Shown in pieces: positions 29,657 through 38,107 of a DNA stretch of 64,000 nucleotides (positions are counted from its first letter, which is position 1; every line of letters begins with the position of its first letter). The position numbers were made by a program, and so were the translations under genes. Under the pieces are notes generated by a model. The model saw nothing but the letters and a program-made list of their open reading frames with translations. It made no database searches and was not told the DNA's origin. The DNA comes from Planctomycetota bacterium (GTDB lineage: Bacteria > Planctomycetota > UBA8108 > SXIK01), in contig OZ244999.1 in the NCBI GenBank assembly GCA_965223265.1, forward strand, positions 7,008,001-7,072,000, in the 5' to 3' direction.

Positions 29657-30661
29657 CTAGCGCGTCGCGACTTCGGCGCCCGGGCGGTTCGGGCAGACGA
29701 GTCCGATGGCTTCGAGCTGATCCGCGATACGTTCGACCTGCTCGCGCGCCAGCGGCCGCACCGGTCGGCGGAAGTGCGGGCTAGCAAACTTCCCCATGAG
29801 CCAACGCGCCGTCTTCATGCGCTGGTGCGCGCCGCAGCCTGGTTCGCCGAAGTTGTAGATGATGCGCGCCAGCGGGGCGACCATCTGCTGCGCTCGCTTA
29901 GCGCCGGCGAGGTCGCCGTCGAGCGCGGCGTGAACGACGTCCACCATGAGCTCCGGTGCGAAGCCGGCGAATCCGATCAAGGCGCCGTCGGCGGCCTCGA
30001 GGAGTGTTGGCAACAGGAACTCATCGTGACAGGTGATGATGCTAACGTTCGGCGCCGCCGCTTTCAGCTGCTCGTAGTCGTAGAGCCAGCGCGCCATGTC
30101 GCGCGTTCCCATCTTGATGCACTCGACCTGCGGAATCCTCACCATCGCAAGCATCTCGTCGAGCGTGTATCCCGCCTTAGTCCAGGCCGGATACTGATGC
30201 ACCACGATCGGTACATCGGCGCCGGCGGCGACGTCTTCCATGAAGCCAACGGCCGTCTGCGCGCTGCGCCCAAAGCGCAGCCAATGGTGCGGCGGCATGA
30301 GAAGGATTGCGTCGGCACCGGCGGCCTTGGCAGCGACGGCGTGATCGATCGCTTCGAGGCTGCCTTCTGCAGAAACGCCAGAGATCACCTTGACGTCGCG
30401 GCTCGAGGCGCGCGCAGCAGCGACGGCGATCTCGATCACCCGCGCGCGTTCGGCTGGGCGCAGCGACATGATCTCGCCGGTGTGGCCGTTGCAGGTGAGC
30501 CCCTTGATGCCTTCGACTTCGCAGAGCTCCGCGAAGTAGTCGCGCAGGCCCGCCTCGTCGATCGACTCGTCGTCATGAAAGGCGCACAGCGTAGCGGCGA
30601 AGACGCCGCTCCAAGGGTGATCTTTCCAGCTCATGGTCAAAACGTTCGTGCGCATCCCCAA
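29657..30661 (-). CDS. DHDPS/NAL-family class I aldolase or dehydratase (not canonical DapA)
   Basis: NGHTGEIMSL, AGADAILLMPP and Schiff-base Lys in CIKMG. Start may be 30655 or 30634. Confidence 0.85.
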   Translation of the reverse strand: MGMRTNVLTMSWKDHPWSGVFAATLCAFHDDESIDEAGLRDYFAELCEVEGIKGLTCNGHTGEIMSLRPAERARVIEIAVAAARASSRDVKVISGVSAEGSLEAIDHAVAAKAAGADAILLMPPHHWLRFGRSAQTAVGFMEDVAAGADVPIVVHQYPAWTKAGYTLDEMLAMVRIPQVECIKMGTRDMARWLYDYEQLKAAAPNVSIITCHDEFLLPTLLEAADGALIGFAGFAPELMVDVVHAALDGDLAGAKRAQQMVAPLARIIYNFGEPGCGAHQRMKTARWLMGKFASPHFRRPVRPLAREQVERIADQLEAIGLVCPNRPGAEVATR

Positions 30662-30814
30662 ATAGGCCGTGGATCACAGCACGGTGATCCGCAACATACA
30701 GCCACGCGAAGACATCGGCAACATCGCTATGGACACCGTATCATCTCTCATCGAACAACCATGATCCAGAGAAAGAAGAGCGAATCGCTCACCGAATGAT
30801 GGTCCTTATTCGCG

Positions 30815-33100
30815 ATGAAAAAACAAATCCTCGCTACCCTCGGCACCGCGGGCCTCGTCGTCGCGGCGATGACAGCGGCAGGGATCTGGTCTCGGCGCGT
30901 CGAGCTGTTCGTCATTCCGCACACGTGGAGAGAGATCCAAGAGCTTCGCCAGGATGTCGAACGTAATCCAAAGCGCAAGGCGCTTCGCGACGAGTTGTAT
31001 GAACACATCTTGAAACTCGTGAAGCTGCAGCGACCGGAGATGATTCCCGACGACATGTCGACATGGTTCGCCTTAGTGCCCCTACGAGGACTGGACGGTC
31101 GTCATCGGGAAGTTCTGATGTACACCGATCCGTCAGCGCGCCGCCCTCGTTGGTACGCGCTCGAGAACATTTGGGGGACGGATCGCGTCGTCCTGGTCGA
31201 TGCGAACGGATTCCTTACCGGGGAGATCTTTCAGGTTCCACCGGTCGGTTCTCGAATGTGGCGTCGGCGACACGAGAGTAGCGCGACCTACGGGATCCTC
31301 GGCGTTCAGGACAGCAGCGACACCTTCGAGATCACTGTCGATCATCAAGGCATCGTCCCGCTCGGCTTCACACGAGCAGGTGGAGCGGTGTCGTCCGGGA
31401 GCGACGTTCGAGTGCACCAATGGCGCACGGCGGACAAAACCCCGCGCCCGTCGATCGAGTCGCTCGACGCACTCTTAGCGTCGAAACATCCCGGCAACCT
31501 CTTCAGAGCTCTGCACTTGATCGAACGACTCGGTGGCGAGACGGCACGCCGAGCGCTCGCCATCACCGATCATCCTATCGCTCGCCTTCGCGCTCGCGCC
31601 GTCGCGGTCGCGGCCAACGACCCGAGTCTCGGGTCCGAGCTCGCAAAGTTCTTGGACGACCATGTGGAAGCCGTACGCCACGCGGCAGCACTCGCGCTCG
31701 TCGATGATGAAAACCAGGAGATCGCTCAGCGCGCGCTCCTGTATCTCGTGAGGTGGCGACACAAACTTCCGCTCGTCTCGGTCGATCTCGCGCGACTGAG
31801 TTCATCTGAGATAGCCGAAGTCTTGGTCCGGCGCTGCGAATCAACGCAGATCAACGCGATCGACGACGACCTCATCGCGTGCTTCGCCGCTCTTGGGAGT
31901 GAACATCTCGCGCCGATGCGGGACAGACTGCTCGTGCTCTTGCGACGATCCCCGGACGATCGAGGTGGCCGCTGCCCACTCCGCGATGCCCTGATTCGAT
32001 CCTTCGTCAGCTTCGACGACTCGGATTCACGGCTCCAAGTCGCCGCATTTCTGAAAGGCAATGTGGAGGACCAACACCTCACTTTGTCGCTGCTTCTCGA
32101 TCGCGACAGTCCCGTCGCCGAGCTGATCCCACCACTTCGCAAGGTTGCCTGCAACCGTGGTCTTGGGCTCCCGCCTGAGGTCACCCTCACCGCCGCGCTC
32201 ACTCTCGTAGCGTGGGACGTCCCGAGCGCGCTTCAGGAGTTGCTCGCCGGACTACAAGACCCTGAACGGGACTGGCTGTACGAGCCGGTCTACCGTAGCC
32301 GTCCGGAATTCGTTCGGAGGGAACTCGACAGGCATGCGCAGTCGACGTTAGTGGTCTCGGACGAAGTCGGACTTCTCGAGGAGTTCGCACGACCCGAAGT
32401 GGTCGCCACGCTCTTCGAAGTGATGGCAAGCCTCGGCCCTGGTGCGCAGGATGCTTTCGAAGTCCTTAAGAATCTCTACGACGATCAACTCGCCGCCGCC
32501 GCACCAGCTCTCGCGGCATCGTGGTCGAGGTTTCCGGATCATCCCTCCGCCTGGGTTCCCATGATCGACGTTCTCATCGGCGCCGCCCACCCGGAGCTCG
32601 ACGCCATTCTCGTCGGTGTCCTTGAGCGCGACCGACGACCCCTACTTCCCTCGGCGCTTCTCAATGCCCTCCTCGTCGCGGGGAGACGCATCCAAGGCAA
32701 CCGAGCAGTGTCGGCGCTCGAAAGCATCTCGAACGCGACGCTCACCGTCAGCCAGGACGTCATCGACGATCGAGAGTGGTGGCGCGAGTCGTACCCAGGG
32801 CAATTGATCAACAATCCCGTCTACGCCATCATCGGCGGTGCCGCGCCGTTCGAGCTCGACTGCGCACTTGCCGCCTCAATTCTTCTCGTGCGCTGGGAAA
32901 CTCCGGGTGCCGCCGAGCGTTTGGCAGAGCGACTGCGGCAGCCTGGGAATACCTGGCTGTTCGACTCCATCGCCGCGTACGTGCCGCAGTCGTTCGACCG
33001 CCATCTCCGCGCGCTTGCGCGCGAGCAGCCCGAGCGCTACGCGGAGCGTGTCGAGCAGCTCATCGGCGGTCGGGATAGCGACGGGGACCAGAGAGAATAG
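30815..33100 (+). CDS. Hypothetical protein with N-terminal anchor and HEAT-like helical repeats
   Basis: Hydrophobic N-terminus and LDDHVEAVRHAAALAL-type repeats. Confidence 0.65.
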   Translation: MKKQILATLGTAGLVVAAMTAAGIWSRRVELFVIPHTWREIQELRQDVERNPKRKALRDELYEHILKLVKLQRPEMIPDDMSTWFALVPLRGLDGRHREVLMYTDPSARRPRWYALENIWGTDRVVLVDANGFLTGEIFQVPPVGSRMWRRRHESSATYGILGVQDSSDTFEITVDHQGIVPLGFTRAGGAVSSGSDVRVHQWRTADKTPRPSIESLDALLASKHPGNLFRALHLIERLGGETARRALAITDHPIARLRARAVAVAANDPSLGSELAKFLDDHVEAVRHAAALALVDDENQEIAQRALLYLVRWRHKLPLVSVDLARLSSSEIAEVLVRRCESTQINAIDDDLIACFAALGSEHLAPMRDRLLVLLRRSPDDRGGRCPLRDALIRSFVSFDDSDSRLQVAAFLKGNVEDQHLTLSLLLDRDSPVAELIPPLRKVACNRGLGLPPEVTLTAALTLVAWDVPSALQELLAGLQDPERDWLYEPVYRSRPEFVRRELDRHAQSTLVVSDEVGLLEEFARPEVVATLFEVMASLGPGAQDAFEVLKNLYDDQLAAAAPALAASWSRFPDHPSAWVPMIDVLIGAAHPELDAILVGVLERDRRPLLPSALLNALLVAGRRIQGNRAVSALESISNATLTVSQDVIDDREWWRESYPGQLINNPVYAIIGGAAPFELDCALAASILLVRWETPGAAERLAERLRQPGNTWLFDSIAAYVPQSFDRHLRALAREQPERYAERVEQLIGGRDSDGDQRE

Positions 33101-33400
33101 AGACCCTGCCTCGCCGTTACGGCCGCCGGTCTGCAGCCAGCTTGGGACGCCGAGGGGGTTCCACAAGATCGGCTTCTTCCCAAGCAAGCAGCAAGCTGCT
33201 CCAAGGTTCGTTTCTCGTGCAGGGATTCCCTGGGGCGCTCCTGGCCTTCCCTGGTTCGGCGCGAAAACGGCCGAACTCGCGTTGGAACGCCAAAAAAAGA
33301 TGTCTCGAGCACGCGGGATCCGCGGATGAGTTCTCAGGGCGCCGCGAATGGCGCGACCGGTCCACCGACGGCAACTCTTTCCTTCCCTGGAGCAACCCAA

Positions 33401-35902
33401 ATGTCCCACGCATCGATCGTTCCGAGAGCGCTTGCTGGCACCAGCCCGCAAAAGCGGTTGTTCTGGTTCGTGTTAACATTCGCCTGCGCCGAGCTCGTTC
33501 CTGGGCAAGTCGATGCGGACGTCTTTACCTGGCGGCAAGGCGATGGTGGGATCTTCGGTGATGCCGAAAACTGGACGGGTGGCACCGGGCTGCCGACCGA
33601 GGGCCACGTGGCATTTTTCTCCCTGGGTAGCGAATACGTGGTCACGTTCCGCCTCGGGCGCCGGTCGGGAGAAACGTTTCTCGACAACGATCAGGTCACG
33701 TTTGACCTCAACGGTCACACCTACGGAACGTTCCTCCTGAGAGTCGGCCTCTCCGCCGGTCCGGGGTTTCTCACACTCGATCGGGGCGACGTGCTCGTGA
33801 GAAACCTCGCCATGGGGATCGGTGCCGGTAGCCAGGGCACGTTGACTCTGACGGGAGGCACGACGTTTGACGCCTTCGAGCGTTTAGAAATCGGTCTTGA
33901 TGGTGTGGGAACGCTGGAGATCAAAGAGGGCGGAATCGTGACGTCGCCCGGGGCGACTCTAGGGTCGAACGGCGACAGTAACGGCACCGTCACGGTCGAA
34001 GGTGCGAGCCTCAACCGCCGGCAATCGGCTTGGAACGATTCCGGCATTCTGACTGTCGGCGGGAGTGGGCGTGGCGCGCTCCGCATCAGCGACGCCGGGG
34101 TTGTGACGAGTCGCGCTACGATTCTCGGTGACTTGCCTGGCAGCAATGGATTCGCATCCGTGCGGGAGGCGCCCTCGGCGTGGTCGATGGAGCACGTCTG
34201 GGTCGGCGATGAGGGGAACGCCACGCTCATCGTTTCCGGCGGCGGGCGCGTCACGAGCGAATCTCTACTCGAAGACGACCGCGTCGGCAACCAGGTGGGA
34301 TCAGTCGGAAGCGTGTTGGTCAACGGCGTCAGCGCCGCGGGAAACCCTTCAACGTGGACGAGCACCGGCAAGCTGATCGTTGCAGTATCGGGCGGCGGAT
34401 CGTTTAGCGTCCTCGCGGGCGCTCGGGCGGAGCACGCAAGTGTGGAGATCGGCGGCGCGGGTGGAACAGGTCAGTTTCTCGTTCGTGGGGCCGACGAACT
34501 CGGCAACCCATCGACCTGGATTGTCACAGAAGCGATCGTCGGAGACGAAAGACGTGGCTCAGGTGTGCTCACGGTCGCCGGGGGTGGGCTTGCGATCACG
34601 GGCGCCGCGACGGTAGCAGAGGAGCCAGGTTCGACGGGTGACGTGATCGTCGACGGCACGGGTCCGGCGGGGCCTTCTCGCTGGATCAGCGGCAACGCCC
34701 GTCGATTGAGCGTGGGCGCGGGAGGAACGGGCTCCCTGACGATCGCCGCGGGAGGCGTTGCTGCCCACCCGGGGATGTCACTCGGCGAGCTGCAGGGGTC
34801 CTCGGGGACTGTGCTCGTAGTAGGCCAGGACGAATCGGGCAGTCCTTCCACGCTCTCGGTGACAGGCCTCGAGATCGGTCGGCAAGGAACCGGCGCGGTG
34901 ACGATCGCCGAAGGAGGTGCCCTCGTCACCGACGGCGAGGCGATCCAAGCGACAATCTTCATAGGCGAGCAAATAGGGAGCGACGGCACGCTCACCGTCG
35001 ATGGAGTCGGCTCCTCATGGACGAGCTCGATTCCCGCCTATGTCGGCGGCACCGAAAGCCAAGCGGGCGGAAACGGGTCGCTGCAAGTGACAGACGGGGC
35101 GTCTGTCAATGTCGCCGGTGAGCTCGTGGTCTGGAATGCCGGGACCGTCGAAGTGAGTGAGGCCACGGTACGCGTCGAGACGATCGATCTCTCTCAGGCC
35201 GCTCTTGGAGCACTTCAGCTGCAGGGAAGCGAACTTGCGGTCGACGCAGTCGTCGGCGATTTGACCCTCGCCGACAGCACGCTCGCTCGTCGTACCTCCC
35301 CGGGTCGCTTGGCGGTCGAAGGTGGGTACACGCAGGGCGCAACTGCGACGCTGCGGCTGCAGTTCGCGGCAACCAAACCCGGCGAGTTCGATCAGCTCAG
35401 TGTGAGCGGTGCGGCAGCTCTTGCCGGCACGCTTGAAGTAAGGCTCGCCAACTCTTTCGAGCCGCGAGCCGGAGACCACTTTGTCGTGGTCGAGGCACAG
35501 GGTGGACTGAATGGCACCTTCAACGCGATCCTTCTTCCTGAGCTTGAGGAAGGCCTGCGCTGGGAAGTCGAAGAAGGCTCGACGACGATCGCACTCATCG
35601 TCGCCGGGGGTGGCGCCTTTCAGCGTCCAGGTGACTGCAACCAAGACAGCCAGTTGGACCTCTCGGATGCCGTCTGCACGCTAGGGCACCTCTTCCAAGG
35701 TGCACCCGCGAAGCTCCCGTGCGGCGACGGCTCCGCCGACGACCCGGGAAACAGGGCGCTCCTCGACTCGAATGCCGATGGCGATCTCGACCTTTCGGAC
35801 GCGATCTTCGCGCTACTGTTTCTCTTCCACGGTGGCGAGCCTCCGGCGCTTGGCATCGAGTGTGTGGAAATTTCCGGTTGCCCGAACGCCTGCGCGGAGT
35901 GA
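33401..35902 (+). CDS. Secreted beta-helix repeat protein (T5SS/PEP-CTERM-associated repeat type) with C-terminal dockerin-like domain
   Basis: Repeated lxVGxxGxGxLxIxxGGxV...GxxxGSxGxVxVxG..SxW units and a passenger-cap motif (FDQLSVSGAAALAGTLEV). Ends with GDCNQDSQLDLSDA...DSNADGDLDLSDA. Start uncertain (33326 or 33401). Confidence 0.85.
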   Translation: MSHASIVPRALAGTSPQKRLFWFVLTFACAELVPGQVDADVFTWRQGDGGIFGDAENWTGGTGLPTEGHVAFFSLGSEYVVTFRLGRRSGETFLDNDQVTFDLNGHTYGTFLLRVGLSAGPGFLTLDRGDVLVRNLAMGIGAGSQGTLTLTGGTTFDAFERLEIGLDGVGTLEIKEGGIVTSPGATLGSNGDSNGTVTVEGASLNRRQSAWNDSGILTVGGSGRGALRISDAGVVTSRATILGDLPGSNGFASVREAPSAWSMEHVWVGDEGNATLIVSGGGRVTSESLLEDDRVGNQVGSVGSVLVNGVSAAGNPSTWTSTGKLIVAVSGGGSFSVLAGARAEHASVEIGGAGGTGQFLVRGADELGNPSTWIVTEAIVGDERRGSGVLTVAGGGLAITGAATVAEEPGSTGDVIVDGTGPAGPSRWISGNARRLSVGAGGTGSLTIAAGGVAAHPGMSLGELQGSSGTVLVVGQDESGSPSTLSVTGLEIGRQGTGAVTIAEGGALVTDGEAIQATIFIGEQIGSDGTLTVDGVGSSWTSSIPAYVGGTESQAGGNGSLQVTDGASVNVAGELVVWNAGTVEVSEATVRVETIDLSQAALGALQLQGSELAVDAVVGDLTLADSTLARRTSPGRLAVEGGYTQGATATLRLQFAATKPGEFDQLSVSGAAALAGTLEVRLANSFEPRAGDHFVVVEAQGGLNGTFNAILLPELEEGLRWEVEEGSTTIALIVAGGGAFQRPGDCNQDSQLDLSDAVCTLGHLFQGAPAKLPCGDGSADDPGNRALLDSNADGDLDLSDAIFALLFLFHGGEPPALGIECVEISGCPNACAE

Positions 35903-35906
35903 GGCG

Positions 35907-35950
35907 CTCGGGCGCCATGCCTGGGCGCTCTGCCCGGCATGGCGCCCGAG
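35907..35950. terminator. Strong hairpin between convergent genes (possible bidirectional terminator)
   Basis: Perfect 15-bp stem CTCGGGCGCCATGCC / GGCATGGCGCCCGAG. No U-tract. Confidence 0.55.
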
Positions 35951-35977
35951 GCGACTCGACGCCCGAAGCGACTCGAT

Positions 35978-37585
35978 CTACTTCGGGCACCCGAGCTGTG
36001 CGAACTCACACTCCTCGGCGCTGACGTAGAGCTCGTCGCAGTCCTCGCCTGCGCACTCGCAGCCTGAGAGGAATTGACAGTTTTGGCCTGTCCAGTAGTA
36101 GCCGAGAATCATGCGGCACAGTCCGACGGGCTCGACACGCATTGGATCGCACGCATTCACGCATCCGCCGTGCGCCAGGTAGCATTCCTCGACCGAATCG
36201 AAACGATCGGCGCAGTCCTCACCGATGCACTCGCAGCCCGAAAGCTCGCGACAGCGATCGCCGTCCCAATAGACACCGAGAACCGCGTCGCACGGCCCTT
36301 CGTCGCTCTTGGCGTCCTGCGGCGCGCACTTGGGATCGCAATCTTCGAACGCTGCTTTACACTCCTCGATCGAATTGAATCCGTCGTCGCAATCGGCCCC
36401 TTCGCACGAGCAGCCCGATTGGTAGCCGCACTTCTCGCCGTCCCAGAACACGCCAACGATCGCCGCACACGGACCGACGCCACGCGCGTCCTGAGCCTCG
36501 CAGGGATCTTTGCAGATCGCGTACGACGCCTCACACTCTTCGATCGTGCGGAAGCTTTCGTCGCAGTCCTCACCCTCGCACTCGCACCCAGACTGGTAGC
36601 GACACTCGCTGCCGTCCCAAAAGATCCCGACGATGGCGTCGCAGGGACCGACGCCGACGGCGTCCTGCGCCGCGCAGTCCGGTTCGCAGTCGCCGTAGAC
36701 GGCCAGGCAGGCGTCGATCGAGTCGAAGAGCTCGTCGCAGTCCTCGCCCTCGCACTCGCACCCCGAATCAGCACGACATTGCCGCCCGTCCCAGAAAACC
36801 CCAATGATCGCCTCACAGTCGCCGACGCCCCGTGCGTCCTGCGCCGCACAAGGATCTTTGCAGTCAGCGAACGCTGCTTCGCAAGCTTCGATCGTCTCGA
36901 AACCGTCGGCACAATCGACGCCTTCGCACTCGCACCCCGACTGCTCACGGCACTGCTCGCCGTCCCAGTACACACCCAGCACCGCGTCGCACGGACCCAC
37001 ACCCACTGCGTCCTGTGCGGCGCAAGGATCTTTGCAGTCAGCGAACGCTGCTTCGCAAGCTTCGATCGTCTCGAAACCGTCGGCACAATCGATGCCTTCG
37101 CACTCGCACCCCGACTGCTCACGGCACTGCTCGCCGTCCCAGTACACACCCAGCACCGCGTCGCACGGACCCACACCCACTGCGTCCTGTGCGGCGCAAG
37201 GATCTTGTGGACACGGAGGAAACTCGCGGCACGACAAAGCCGGATGCGGATCGATTCCGCAGTCTGGATACGGCGCCGGTGGCGGCGGGCCGATCGCGAA
37301 GCAGAAGCTCAAACCGTAGATCGGATCGGCGATGTCGAAGGTACGGTCGCCGTTGGCGTTGCACGCCTCGAGGCACGGCGGTTCTTCGCCGTCGACGAAC
37401 AGATAGTGCAGCGCAAAGATGGCATCGCTTATGTCACACGGAGTGTCTGCATCGTTCGGCGTCGACGCGTTACAGTCGCTCCGAATGAACGCGGTTTCCG
37501 CGGCGACGGCCGAAGCAGAGAGCACGAAACAAACACAGGGGAACGCTACTGCGATGGCAGCAACACATGAGGGTGACCGCGTCAT
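35978..37585 (-). CDS. Secreted protein: N-terminal dockerin-like domain plus seven Cys-rich Kunitz/BPTI-like repeats
   Basis: Signal peptide, FIRSDCNA...DISDAI...NANGDRTFDIAD, then seven units of CxxQDAxGVGPCxAxxGxxWDGxxCxxxSGCxCxGxDCxxxFxxIExC. ATG 37585 follows AAGGA. Confidence 0.8.
   Translation of the reverse strand: MTRSPSCVAAIAVAFPCVCFVLSASAVAAETAFIRSDCNASTPNDADTPCDISDAIFALHYLFVDGEEPPCLEACNANGDRTFDIADPIYGLSFCFAIGPPPPAPYPDCGIDPHPALSCREFPPCPQDPCAAQDAVGVGPCDAVLGVYWDGEQCREQSGCECEGIDCADGFETIEACEAAFADCKDPCAAQDAVGVGPCDAVLGVYWDGEQCREQSGCECEGVDCADGFETIEACEAAFADCKDPCAAQDARGVGDCEAIIGVFWDGRQCRADSGCECEGEDCDELFDSIDACLAVYGDCEPDCAAQDAVGVGPCDAIVGIFWDGSECRYQSGCECEGEDCDESFRTIEECEASYAICKDPCEAQDARGVGPCAAIVGVFWDGEKCGYQSGCSCEGADCDDGFNSIEECKAAFEDCDPKCAPQDAKSDEGPCDAVLGVYWDGDRCRELSGCECIGEDCADRFDSVEECYLAHGGCVNACDPMRVEPVGLCRMILGYYWTGQNCQFLSGCECAGEDCDELYVSAEECEFAQLGCPK
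36851..37198. repeat. Two near-identical 174-bp intragenic tandem repeats
   Basis: Units start at 36851 and 37025. I found one substitution between them (Val/Ile). Confidence 0.9.
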
Positions 37586-38107
37586 GGCGATTCGTTCCTT
37601 TCGGTAGCGAACGAACTCAAGTCGGCACGTCGACAATGTGCTTTGTGGACACTGTCAGACGTGACTGACAAGGCGCCGCTGTCCACGATGACTGCGCGCG
37701 ATGACTGTGCAGAACAACGGTGCACGGCCACTCTGTACGGCCACTTGTACCGCCACTGTGGACAGCGACTGAGCAGTGAGGGCCCGAGGGCGCGGCGTGC
37801 TTACGCCGCATCCTCGGGCCGACCTCGAACACGACCCCCAGACGAAGCCAGTGTATCACGCCCGCGGCCGGCTGGGCCAATTCGATTTTCGCATTTCGTT
37901 CGCACTCGGTGCGGCGTGGCAGGACGACAGGGAGGCGTGGTGGAAGCGTTGCGGCAGCCACAGAGCGGATTTAGAATGCGGACTAGTCTGCGGAGTCCTG
38001 CGCCGGCTGCGTACCGCAGCAGAACAGCAGCCGCGGAATGAACCCGGATCGCGCTCGTGTCACGCCATCGCGCCAGTTCTTGCATCCACCGCTTCCACTC
38101 CTTGAAG

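Noticed and set aside
29657-30661. Calling this gene dapA
   Set aside because: Active-site motifs deviate from true DHDPS and there is no lysine-pathway context.
36851-37198. Possible CRISPR array from long direct repeats (also 53520-54800)
   Set aside because: The repeats are in-frame protein domain duplications with no unique spacers and no cas genes.
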